The notes beneath the pieces were generated by a model. It saw nothing but the letters and a program-made list of their open reading frames with translations, was not told where the DNA came from and searched no databases. Positions 19,008 to 30,200 of a DNA stretch of 41,327 nucleotides are shown here, piece after piece. A program made the position numbers and the translations under genes. Position 1 is the first letter of the stretch. Each line of letters starts with the position of its first letter. Origin of the DNA: Deltaproteobacteria bacterium (GTDB lineage Bacteria > Myxococcota > JACRCW01); assembly GCA_016218805.1 (NCBI GenBank), contig JACRCW010000132.1, positions 1 to 41,327 on the forward strand, written 5' to 3'.

Positions 19008-22000
19008 GACGCATCCTCTGGCTTCTGTTGTTGGCGGCGGGGCCCGCCGCAGCCCAGCAGGGTTCCGCCGTCAACACCTGTGACGACGTGGGCGGTATTG
19101 GCAGCACGTGCACCAGCAACACGGACTGCGCGGGCAAGGCGTACGCCACCTCCTGCGTGCAGACGGGCACCACCGCTGCGCGCACCTGCCAGGTGCCGTG
19201 CAACACCACAGGCTCCAGCAGCGGCATCATTCCGCACCAGGCCACCTGCGCGCTGGGTGAGAAGTGCGTGACGCCGGCAGCGGGGGACAACTACTGCCGC
19301 GCCACCGCGTTCCGCATGGACCTCAACCTGTTTGATCAGTGCGTGAACATGCACCTGGCGGGCGCGGCACCGGCGCTGGGCTCCCTGAGCGAATGCTCGC
19401 TGGAAGCCAACCTGGCGCGCCTGCTGGACCAGGACCGTGATGGCGACTTTGACGTCTTTGACTTTGACCTGTGCATCCAGGCGTTTGTGACCCAGCCCGA
19501 TTGCGACGAGACCACGGGCACCTGCCCCGCCGAGGACCTGGTCTTCTGCACCGCGGACACGGACTGCGGTGACGGGCTGTATTGCAGCACGGAGCACCAC
19601 TTCTGCACGCGCGAATGCGGCATGATCTCCAGCCGCGAGCCGGGCATCCCGGAGCTGGAGCGCCGTTGCTCCGGCCGCCTGAAGATCTGCGATCCTGACC
19701 GCGGCAAGTGCGTGCCGGTGACGGGGACCACGACATGCGGCGTGGACCGCGACTGCGCGGAGGGCGCGTACTGCTTCCTGGGTCAATGCGCACCCAAGTG
19801 CGGCCGCAGCCTGGACTGCCCGGACAGCAACTGGTTCTGCACGGAGAACGGGCGCTGCCGCGTGTTGCCGCCGCCCGGGGACTCGGGCGCCACGCCGTTT
19901 GACCCGCGCAACTACTCACTGCTGTTCAGCAACAACCAGCTCACGTTGACCCCCGTGGAGTTGCAGCAGTCCGCGCCCATCCTGGTGATGGACCTGCGCA
20001 GCAAGCGCGAAGTCCGCGACGACCCGTCCGTGGCGTTTGGCTACCGCCTGGAGGTCACCTACGGCCTGAAGGATGAAGCCAAGTGCCGCAAGGCGCCGGA
20101 CCGCTGGACGGACGCGGAGCGCGCGGACTGCGTCATCGCCCCCGAGGAAGAGTTCGTGGTGCCGCTGTCGCCGTTTGGAACGGTGTACGCGCAGGGTCAG
20201 CCGGGCATTGCGGTGCGGCTCAACACGGTGGCGGCGGACACACTCACGCCGGGCACGTACGCGGCGGACGCCAACGTCATCTTTGACAACGGGTCACAGG
20301 ACCGCTTTGCGGTGCGGCTACAGAAGACCACCGCTTCCGGCGAGTACGCGGGCACGCTGGCCATTGCCATGGGGAGCGCGGCCAACTCGCTCACCGGGGC
20401 CACGCCGTTGCTGCTGTCCATGCAGCTGGACCTCAAGGACTCCACGGTGCACTGGAACGACCTGCTGGCGGCCGAAGGACTGGGCACCGCGCAGACACTG
20501 GTGGACACCACCGAAGGCACGCTCATCCACGGCAGGCTCCACGGCAACGAGGCGCTGCCGTACGCCCTGCCCACCGCCACCGACCCGGCGCACAACGAGA
20601 TTCCCCTCAAGGGAATCTATTCGGCGCGCTACGGCATCATGCGGCTGGTGGGCGTCATTGAGATTCCCGCTGGGTTCTGTGTGAGCCAGCGCGGCAGCTG
20701 CGAAACGTTCCCGGACGACCTGCGGGCGGAGAACCTGTTTGGGCGCCCGCTGCGGCGCGTGCTGCAGTTCTTTGGCACGTTTGATGAGACCAAGCGGCGG
20801 TTCTTTGGCATCTACCGCGAAACGATTTACGGCCTGACGCCCGCCGGGGAGCTGACGCTGGATGGTTCTTTCCTCCTCTCCCAGCGCACCGCGGACGAGA
20901 CGCCGGTGGACCTGGCCGACGCGCTGCTGGCCGCGGGCTCGCCCGCCGTGGCGTTCCCGTCGGGTGACGCGGTGCTTTCCGGGGTGGACGCGGACATTGC
21001 CGCACACTGCAAGGTCCCCCGCACCGCGCTGGCGGACGGCGGAAAGGCGGATGCGGGCGCGGGGCAGGCGGAGTTTGTGCGCGCGTTCGCCACGCCGGAC
21101 GCCTACCAGCAGTATCTGGAGACGTCGTCGTCGTCGGACGGCGGCGTGCCGTTCCCGGTGCTGGAGAACACCCTCACGTTCAAAGACCTCATCCAACAGG
21201 GCCTGGACAACCTGACCACGGACGCCACGCGGGGAAACGCGGTCATCACGATCTACGACTTCCTGGCGGGCCGCATTGTCCTGTGCGGGGACGGCGAGTT
21301 CACGCCGGGTGCGCCGCTGGGCACCCAGGCACCGGCGTGCGTTTCCGCGGCGCAGTTGCAGTGCGGCCTGGCGCTGTACCGCAAGGCCGTCCTCAAGCGG
21401 TACGTGCCGCTGAATTCCATTGCCGCGGACAGCCGCCTGTTCTGCAGCGGCACGCTTCCCACCTCAGGTTGTGGTCAGCCGCCGACCCAATATCCCGCGC
21501 TGCGGACGTTGCAGGAGCACAACCGCTTCCACCAGGAGCTGTCCCAGGCCACCAAGTTCCAGGCGGACCGGGACGTGTCAGACGCGTTCTTTGCGCTGTA
21601 CCGCAACCAGTTCAATCCGTTCACCCAGGGCCAGACGCTGCAGTTCAAGGCGGACCAGCTCAAGGCCGCTGCGGGGCTGTATGACCAGGCCATCCGGCTC
21701 GTGGTGGAGCCGGCGGCGGCGGCGGTGCTGTTCAGCTGGCCCATGGGGTCATTTGAGGGATTGGGCCGCGAGTGGATCCGCCAGATGCACGTGCTGGCCA
21801 CGGACCGGTCATCCGCGCTGGCGGAGCTGGTGGACCTGCGCCGCCGCCTGTTCCTCAGCGCCGGCGCGGGGGACCAGTTGGTGGCCGAACACCTGGCCCA
21901 GCAGGAGTTCCTCCTGCAGGTGTACCTGATGGCGTTGCAGCGCCAGTGGGAGGGACCGGCGTTTGCGTACGCGGGCCAGGCAGCGCAGGCGTTTGACCGG

Positions 22001-24265
22001 ATGCAGGTCCTGCTGCGGCGCCTCAACCAGTCCCGCAACGTGCTGGGCATGATCCCGGACCGAGTGTTCTTTGAGAGCAGTGACGCCCAGCAGCCCAATT
22101 GGCGTAACTACCTGACGCTGCTCACCGGTGCGGACGGGAGCGGCGGCCTGCTGGCCCTGGCGCGCACGCAGACCGGCAGCGCCGTGGACAACCTGCAGGC
22201 GGCGCTGCGTGACGCGGATGCGCTGGAATCCCAGGTATTCGCGATCAACGACCAGCTGGAAGGGGACCTCACCGACCTGTGCGGCACCGAGCAGCCCAAG
22301 AGCTGCGACACCCTGCGCGCCCTGATGCAGAAGGACCTGGCGGCGTTGCTGGCGCCGGACAGCGCGATCACCGCGGCGGAGCGCAGCCAGCTGCAGGCGT
22401 CCGGCGCCACGGCCAGCGTGCTGGCGGGAATCCTGGACCGGCGGCTGCAATCCGAATGCGGCAGCACCGGCGGGACCGAGTGCCAGTCCGCGGTGACCAA
22501 GTTCAAGGGCCTGGTTGCCACGGAGCCGGCGTGTGACCTGGACGCCGCCAGGTCCTACGTGCGGGTGCGCGGCCAGCCGCGCGCGTGCGTGGGTGGCGAG
22601 ATGGGGGACCTGCTCAAGGAGCGCCGCGGCCTGCTGCTGGAGCGCGAGGCGATGTTCCGCGAACTGCAGAACCTCATCGCGCGGGTGAAGACGTTCCAGG
22701 AGACGTACAGGTACACGCAGGACCTCGCCATTGGGCAGCGCGTCACCATGATCACCGCGGCGGCCGTGAAGTTTGCGCTGCTGGTGAGCGAGAAGGGCAC
22801 CAAGACCGCCGCCGAGATTGCCGACGAGCTGGCTGACACGGCGGATTGCGTGCTCATTGCCGGCCTGGCGGTGGGCACCAACTGTCCCGGCAAGATTGGC
22901 CGCACCGCGGGGCGGGTGAGCATTGCGGTGAGCCGGACCTTTGCGGAGGCGGCGCTGGAGGCGCTCAAGGAGCAGGTGGACACGGCGCGGGAGATTGCGG
23001 ACTTTGAACTGGAGCAGGCGCAGGGCCGGGCGGAGGCGGCGGCATCGCTCAAGGAGCTGCTGGGCGAATTTGACGGCTTTGTGGACGGCTACCGCGGGAA
23101 TCTGCAGGCCGTGTTTGACGTGGAGACGGGCATGGAGCAGGTGCGCTTCCTGGCGGACGACGCCATGGGGGGCGCCAACGACAACCTGAGCCTGGTGGTG
23201 GACCACCTGGTGGGCCGGGAGAGCGGGTCAGTGCTGGTGGGCAACCACCTGGTGCGCGAGTCCGCCAAGACGTACCGCCGCGTGTTGGACGCGGCCTACC
23301 GGATGACCATGGCGTTCAGTCACCGCTACAACCTGCCCACGGCGACGCGGACGCAGCTCAGCAACCGGGTGCAGCAGGCGGTGACGCTGGAGGACGTGCA
23401 GTCGCACATTGACGATCTGGTGGAGCGCGCGCGGACCTACTGCGCCACGGAGGCCATTGACTGTGACGCGTTCAACAACCTCTCCACGCTGCGCTTCTCG
23501 CTGCGGGACGAGCTGTTCCCGCAGCTGCGCGACGTGGTGGACCCGGCGACGGGCCGGGTGTTCACACGCGGCCAACAGTTCCACAACCTCATCACCTCCC
23601 CGCCATACCTGCGCCGGCGCGTGCGCGGCGCGTGGCTGGTGGACCAGGTGGAGATTCCTTTTGCCATCTCTACCGCCATGCGGGACAACATCCCGCCGCG
23701 CCGCTGGCTGCTCAGTCCGCTGGAGTGCAACCACGTCCTGGACGGGGACCCCGCGCAGGCGGCGGACAACGGCACGGTGGCGGTGAACGCGCTGGTCCGG
23801 AACGTGGACGGGACGCAGCGCACGCTGGAGTATGAGCTGGGCCGTGGCCACCTGGACCAGGCGCGCAGCTGTCACGCGGAGAGCGTGCAGGACGAGCCCG
23901 GCACACTCCCGGTGGTCACCTATCCCATCCAGACCACGGTGGTGGGCTACGCGCCGGAGAGCCTTGAGGGACAGCAGGACGCGCCGCGGACGTACTTCGC
24001 ACGCTCGGGCGAGCTGCAGGCGTGTCTCAACCGCGCCGAGACGGGCGGCCGGCTGGAGGGGTCAGGTTGCTGGCGGTTCTTTGCGCGGGACCGCACGCTG
24101 GCCGCGCCGGACTACACCCTCTACATCCCGCTGCGCATTGACGACGCGGAAACGGGCAACTCGTGGATCACCGGTGATGGCCTACCCGACGCGAGCAAGC
24201 CGGTCATTGAGGACATTGTCGTCTACCTGCGTTACCGCACGCGCCCGATTGGAGACGCCCAGTGA
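19004..24265 (+). CDS. secreted 1753-aa protein: Cys-rich/EF-hand N-terminus and Tc toxin A-subunit-like helical C-terminal half
   Basis: Signal peptide MRRILWLLLLAAGPAAA. EF-hand-like DQDRDGDFDVFD. Long amphipathic helices around a hydrophobic hairpin (CVLIAGLAVGTNC), then AAYRMTMAF, RFSLRDELF and terminal IEDIVVYLRYRTR. Gene is certain, TcA-like call is moderate. Confidence 0.65.
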   Translation: MRRILWLLLLAAGPAAAQQGSAVNTCDDVGGIGSTCTSNTDCAGKAYATSCVQTGTTAARTCQVPCNTTGSSSGIIPHQATCALGEKCVTPAAGDNYCRATAFRMDLNLFDQCVNMHLAGAAPALGSLSECSLEANLARLLDQDRDGDFDVFDFDLCIQAFVTQPDCDETTGTCPAEDLVFCTADTDCGDGLYCSTEHHFCTRECGMISSREPGIPELERRCSGRLKICDPDRGKCVPVTGTTTCGVDRDCAEGAYCFLGQCAPKCGRSLDCPDSNWFCTENGRCRVLPPPGDSGATPFDPRNYSLLFSNNQLTLTPVELQQSAPILVMDLRSKREVRDDPSVAFGYRLEVTYGLKDEAKCRKAPDRWTDAERADCVIAPEEEFVVPLSPFGTVYAQGQPGIAVRLNTVAADTLTPGTYAADANVIFDNGSQDRFAVRLQKTTASGEYAGTLAIAMGSAANSLTGATPLLLSMQLDLKDSTVHWNDLLAAEGLGTAQTLVDTTEGTLIHGRLHGNEALPYALPTATDPAHNEIPLKGIYSARYGIMRLVGVIEIPAGFCVSQRGSCETFPDDLRAENLFGRPLRRVLQFFGTFDETKRRFFGIYRETIYGLTPAGELTLDGSFLLSQRTADETPVDLADALLAAGSPAVAFPSGDAVLSGVDADIAAHCKVPRTALADGGKADAGAGQAEFVRAFATPDAYQQYLETSSSSDGGVPFPVLENTLTFKDLIQQGLDNLTTDATRGNAVITIYDFLAGRIVLCGDGEFTPGAPLGTQAPACVSAAQLQCGLALYRKAVLKRYVPLNSIAADSRLFCSGTLPTSGCGQPPTQYPALRTLQEHNRFHQELSQATKFQADRDVSDAFFALYRNQFNPFTQGQTLQFKADQLKAAAGLYDQAIRLVVEPAAAAVLFSWPMGSFEGLGREWIRQMHVLATDRSSALAELVDLRRRLFLSAGAGDQLVAEHLAQQEFLLQVYLMALQRQWEGPAFAYAGQAAQAFDRMQVLLRRLNQSRNVLGMIPDRVFFESSDAQQPNWRNYLTLLTGADGSGGLLALARTQTGSAVDNLQAALRDADALESQVFAINDQLEGDLTDLCGTEQPKSCDTLRALMQKDLAALLAPDSAITAAERSQLQASGATASVLAGILDRRLQSECGSTGGTECQSAVTKFKGLVATEPACDLDAARSYVRVRGQPRACVGGEMGDLLKERRGLLLEREAMFRELQNLIARVKTFQETYRYTQDLAIGQRVTMITAAAVKFALLVSEKGTKTAAEIADELADTADCVLIAGLAVGTNCPGKIGRTAGRVSIAVSRTFAEAALEALKEQVDTAREIADFELEQAQGRAEAAASLKELLGEFDGFVDGYRGNLQAVFDVETGMEQVRFLADDAMGGANDNLSLVVDHLVGRESGSVLVGNHLVRESAKTYRRVLDAAYRMTMAFSHRYNLPTATRTQLSNRVQQAVTLEDVQSHIDDLVERARTYCATEAIDCDAFNNLSTLRFSLRDELFPQLRDVVDPATGRVFTRGQQFHNLITSPPYLRRRVRGAWLVDQVEIPFAISTAMRDNIPPRRWLLSPLECNHVLDGDPAQAADNGTVAVNALVRNVDGTQRTLEYELGRGHLDQARSCHAESVQDEPGTLPVVTYPIQTTVVGYAPESLEGQQDAPRTYFARSGELQACLNRAETGGRLEGSGCWRFFARDRTLAAPDYTLYIPLRIDDAETGNSWITGDGLPDASKPVIEDIVVYLRYRTRPIGDAQ

Positions 24266-27200
24266 GCGCCGCCCGCATTCACCTGGCCGCACTGGCGTGC
24301 GGCACGCTGCTGCTTGCGTGCCCGCGCCCGGCGCCCACCGTCACTGCTGATGATCCCGCGCCGCGGCTGGAGGGGCTGGGGGACGGCGCCCTGCTGTCCC
24401 AGGGCGCGCACGACGTGATGCTGGTGGTGCACCACGCGCTGGATTACGACGCCACCGAGGTGGAGCGGCAGGTGCAGCTGGGCCTGGCGTTGGTGGATGC
24501 GGCCAAGGCGCAACACGAGGCGGGCCGCGCCACCGTGAAGCTGGGCGTGGTGGCGGTGGGACGGCAGGCCCAGGTGGTCCTGCCGCTCACGGATGACGTG
24601 GCGCAGTGGCGGGGCGCGCTGGTCAACGGCGCGTCGTTTGAGATTGAGGGCGCGGCGGCGGTGGCGGCCGGCGTGGAGGCCGCCCTGAGCGAACTGGTGG
24701 GCGCCCGTTCACGCGGCGCCGCGCTGCCCGTCATCTTCCACGCCGCCACGCGCGGCGAGGCCGTCACGCCGATGCTGGCCGAGCAGCTGGCAGCGGCCGG
24801 GGTGGTGCTGGTGGGCGTGGGGGCGGAGGCGTCCGGGGTACAGCCTGAGGAGGGCGCGCACGTGGCCAGCCTGGTGGTGCCCGCGGACGGTGACGCCGTG
24901 GCGCGGTTGGGCGGTCTGCTGGCGTGGGGTGGTGCGCCGCTGCGGCTGGGCGGGCGCGTGGGGAGCGGCTGGGGCGTGCGGCTGGCCGTGCTGGATGCGG
25001 CCGGTGAGGTGGTGTTGCGCGGGGCGTCAGAGGGCACAGAGGTGAACGCTGACCTGGACTGGAGACCCGCGGACCAGGGGCGCCGGTTCAACATCCGCAT
25101 CACCGCCACGCATCCGGACCGGCCGGACCGCGAGCGCATCTACGCGGTGCGGGCGTTGCCGCAGGACCGCCAGCCCGTGGTGCTGGACGTGTCCCCCGCG
25201 GTGGCCGCCCCGGGACAGAGCGTGACGGTCACCGGGCGCTTCTTTGACGTAAGTACCGGTGGCGCAGTGTTGGACGTGGGCACGGAAACAACCCCCACGG
25301 CGGTCACCAAGGTGTCACTGCAATTTGTGGTGCCGGTGGGCGCGGTGGACGGCGCGCTGGTGGTGCGTTCCGGCGGTGTGGCTTCCGTTCCTGCCTTGTT
25401 CCGGGTGGACACCGACGGGGACACGCTGGCGGATGGGGATGAACTGGCGCGCGGCACGGACCCCGCACGGCGCGACACTGACGGTGACGGCCTGGACGAC
25501 GGCGCGGATGACTGCCCGGCGGAGGCCTCCGGCGTGCGGCACGTGGACGCGCGCGGGTGCACGCTGTGCACCGACGGGCAGATGAACGGTCCGGAGACGG
25601 ACGTGGACTGCGGCGGCCCGTGTGCCCCGTGCGCGGGCGGGGGAGCGTGCGCGGTGGCGGCGGACTGCGCGGGCGGCGCATGCCTGGGTGGACGTTGCCT
25701 GCCGGACCACTGCCAGTCGGGCACCGAGGACGGCGACGAGGTGGCGACCGACTGTGGGGGCTCGTGTGGGCCGTGCGCAGATGGGGTCCGCTGCGTGCTG
25801 GGGTTGGATTGTGACAGTCACACCTGCCTGGCGCACGTGTGCCGGGCGGCGTCCTGCGCCAACGGCGTCAAGGACGGCACGGAGTCCGCCACGGACTGCG
25901 GCGGTGCATGCACACCGTGCGCGGAGGCCGCCGCGTGCGTGGTGGCCTCGGACTGCGCGAGCGCGCGTTGCGTGGACGGGCTGTGCGCGCCGTCCCTGTG
26001 TGATGACGCGGTGCTCAACGGCAGCGAGTCCGACGTGGACTGCGGAGGTCTGTGCACGGGGTGCGAGACCGCACTGCACTGCCACGCCCACGCGGACTGC
26101 GCGTCCGGCGTGTGCACAGAGGGCGCCTGTGCGGCATCCACGTGCAATGACAGCGTGCGCAACGGTGACGAGACCGGGCGGGACTGTGGCGGCGGGCGCT
26201 GCCTGGCCTGCGGACAGGGGGACTTCTGCGCCGCGGCCACGGACTGCGTCACCGGCGTGTGCGAAGCGGGCGTGTGCGCGCCGCCGCGCTGCGGGGATGG
26301 CGTCCGCAACGCGGAGGAAACGGATGTGGACTGCGGCGGTGGCTGCGACCGGTGCGCGCTGGGACGGGCGTGCCTGGCCGACACCGACTGCGCCAGCGCG
26401 GCGTGCCAGGACGCCACGCTCTGTGTGCTGCCGTCCTGCGTCAACGCGGCGCTGGATGGCGAGGAAACGGATGTGGACTGCGGCGGCGGCTGCATCCCGT
26501 GTCACGCGGGCCGGGCGTGCCTTCTGGCTGGGGACTGCGCCAGCCAACGCTGCGGCCCGGACAGCGTCTGCCTGCCTCCCGCGTGCGACGACCAGCTGCG
26601 CAACGGCACGGAGACTGACGTGGACTGCGGCAGCACGTGCCCGGAGCGCTGCGCGCAGGACCGCCGTTGCACCCTGGACAATGATTGCGTCACCGGCGTG
26701 TGCGTGGCGGGTAGTTGCGCGGCGCCCAGTTGCACGGATGGCGTGCAGAACGGCCTGGAGCGGGGCGTGGACTGCGCCGGTGGGACGTGTGGGCGCTGCA
26801 CGGAGGGCAGCAGCTGCCTGGAGGACGTGGACTGCGCGTCAGATCATTGCATCTCCGGGCGTTGCCTGAGCCCCACGTGTGCGGACGGCCAACTCAACGG
26901 CAGCGAGACGTCCCTGGACTGCGGGGGAGCGTGTCCCGGCTGCCTGGAGGGCGAGCGCTGCAACGTGGACGCGGACTGTGCGGAACGCGTGTGCGTGGAC
27001 GCGGCGGACGCAGGATCCGCGGCGGGCCGGGCCTGCGCCGCGCCCACCTGTCTGGACGGCGTGCGCAACGGCGGGGAGGGCGACGTGGACTGCGGCGGAG
27101 AGTGCGATCCGTGCGCCGTGGGCCGCACCTGCAACACCGGCGCGCAGTGCGCCAGCCAGGTGTGCACGCCGGATGGCAGCGGCACGCATTGCGCAGAGCC

Positions 27201-30200
27201 CTCGTGCACTGACGGGCAGATGAATGGCGCTGAAGTGGGCCAGGACTGCGGCGGCGGATGCCCCGGCTGCGCTGACGGAGAGGCCTGCGCGGTGGACGGG
27301 GACTGCACCAGCGGCGTGTGCTCAGCGGAGGGTGGCGCGCCGCGGTGTGCGGCCGCCACCTGCGCCGATCAGGTGCGCAACGGCAGCGAAGGCGACGTGG
27401 ACTGCGGGGCGGCCTGCCCGGAGCGCTGCGCAACCGGCCTGACGTGCAACGACGCCACGGACTGCAATGACGGGCGTTGCGACAACGGCGTGTGCCCGCC
27501 CGCTGCGTGCGACGACGGCGTCCACAACGGCGCGGAGACGGGCGTGGACTGCGGGGGCGGCTGTCCAGGCTGTGCGGACGGGACGGCGTGCGCCGCCGCC
27601 ACGGACTGCGCCAGCAAGGTGTGCTCGGGCGCCACGTCCACGTGCGCGGTGCCCAGCTGCGACGACGGGCAGTTGAACGGGACGGAAACCGCGCTGGACT
27701 GTGGCGGCGGGTGCACCGGTTGTCCGCTGTGGTCGCCCTGCAAGGTGACCTCTGACTGCGGACCGGACCTGGCTTGCCAGATGGCGGGCGACGACGCCAA
27801 CACCATGGCGCTGGCGTGCGTGGACGCGCGCAGCTGCTTTGACGGCGTGAAGAACCTGGACGAAGCGGATGTGGATTGCGGGCCGTTTGCGCCGTGCCCC
27901 CTGTGCGGCGTGGGGAGCACGTGCCGCAGCGTCCATGATTGCAGCACCAGCCTCTGCGTGGAGGGACGCTGCCGGGCGGACAGCGCGTTTGACAAGACGA
28001 TGAACGGCGGCGAGACCGACGTGGACTGCGGCGGCGACGCATTGCCCTGCCAGGTTGGCCAGCACTGCGCCGTGAGCACGGACTGCCGCAGCGGCTGGTG
28101 CCACGCCGCCGTGTGCGACTACGCGCCCAGCTGCGCCACGCTGCTGCGCTCCAACGCGGCGGCGCCGTCCGGCAGCTACCTGTTGCTGCCGCCCGGCGAA
28201 CGCACCGCCGTGCCCGTGCAATGCGACATGACGACGGAGCGCGGCGGGTGGACGTTGGTGGGCCACGCCACCGGCGTCCCGATCAAGGACGTCGGGTCTG
28301 AGTACTACGCGGACCTGGGGCGCACGCAGCCCACCGCGCCGGCCCAGGGTGTGTGGCGCGGCCTGCGCGGGCTGTCCGTGGACAATGTGGACATGCGGTT
28401 CGCGTGCAGTCCCACTGCGGGAGCGCCGCTGGCGGTGGACCTGTCGTTCTTTTCGGTGGATTGGTACGCGCACCTGACGGCGGGGACGGACGCGGACAGC
28501 TGTTTTGGCGTCCCGGGCTCCATCTCCCTGGCACCGGCGCGGCGCAACAATCTGGACGGCACGGCGCTGGGAGCGGGAACGCCGTGGGAGCGCGGCGCGC
28601 TGGTGGGTGAGAGCTTCTGCGGGGACGCGGATGACTTCACCGTGGACTTTTCTGAATCAGGCCTGGACGGCAATGAGCTGGACGGCACGGACTGGGGCGA
28701 GGACGACGGACAGCCCAAGTGCGGCAGCGGATACGCGCCGGCTGGCGCGTGGGAGCTGTGGGTGCGGGAGGCGGTGGATGCGTGCGCCAACAACGTGCGC
28801 GACGACGGCGAGGACGGAGTGGATTGCGGCGGCAGCTGTGGCGCATGCCCGGCGCCGTGCACCACCAACGCCGAGTGCCCCAGCAACATCTGCCTGCACG
28901 GGGGCTGCGAGCCGGCCCGCTGCGTGGACCGCCTGAGAAACGGGGACGAGTCCGACGTGGACTGCGGCGGATCCTGCGCGCCATGCGAGCCCCGCAAGGC
29001 GTGCCGTTCCGCCGCGGACTGCGCCGAGGGTCAGTGCGCAGAAGGAGTGTGCCGTCCCGCGGCCTGCTACGACGGGCAGATCAGCACCTACCGGTTTGTC
29101 TACGACTGCATTGGCGACATCCTGTGCCGCCTGGATGAGTTCACCGAGCCGGAGATTGACTGCGGTGGTCCGTGCAGTCCCTGCCAGCGCGGGCACGCGT
29201 GCTACCGGCCCGAGGACTGCACCACCGGGTATTGCCCCACCAACCCCGCGGTCCAGGACGACGGCGGCGTCCTCTACGTGGGCGTGTGCACGGACGACCC
29301 ATGCCACGACGGGGCACTGACCGTGACCCAACTCGAGACCGACGTGGATTGCGGCGGCCCGGCCTGCGGCAAGTGCGCGGGCGGCAAGAGCTGCATGCAG
29401 GGGTCAGACTGCTTCTCGGGAGATTGCGTCAACGGCACGTGCCGCGGCCTGGCCAGTTGCCTGGACGTGCAGGGGCTGCCCGGCACGCACCCCTCCGGGC
29501 TCTATGACTTGACCACGCCTGACGGTACACACGCGGTGTACTGCGACATGGACACCGACCAGGGTGGGTGGACGCTGGTGGGCGCCAGCGCGGGAACGCC
29601 GCCGTCTGACGAGGCGGGCGCCTTCCACGCGGACCTGCAGACGCTGGTGCCCGCCGCGGCTCATCCCGGCATCTGGAACGGACCGCGCACCCAGATGGGA
29701 GCGCGGCAGGACGTGCGGTTTGCGTGCGGACGGCTGGGTTCCACCACGGGCATGGTGGTGGACCTGACCTTCTACGGCGTGGACTGGTACACCGTGATGA
29801 CCACGGGCACGGAAGCGGAAAGCTGCCTGAACCAGGGGGACGGCGCCGGCTTCAGCCGGCCCGAGCCCGCCCGGCGCAACAACGTGACGGGCGTTGACGT
29901 TGCGGCCGGCACGGCGTGGGCGGCGGGGTTCCTGGAAACGGAGGATTCCTGCGCGTCACCGGATGACTTCACGGTGGACCTGGCGGACCGGGGCCTGGAC
30001 TCCAACGAAGCGGACGGTACCGACTGGGGCCTGGACGACGGGCTGGCCAAGTGCGGCAGCCAGGTGGGTGATGGCTGGGCGTGGTTTGTGTTTGTGCGCG
30101 AAGGTTCCGCCTGCCGTGACGGCGTGCGGGGTCCCGGCGAGGACTGGATTGACTGCGGGGGGCCATGCCGCGCGTGCCCGGTGGTGCCCGCCTGCGTCCC

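Noticed and set aside
25560..28120. Regularly recurring gacgtggactgcggcgg as a possible CRISPR array
   Set aside because: Degenerate at codon third positions, ~140-160 bp period, in frame within a protein repeat; no cas genes.
28120..30100. Two similar fibrinogen-like segments as a DGR template/variable repeat pair
   Set aside because: Both are coding, differences are not adenine-restricted, and no reverse transcriptase is present.
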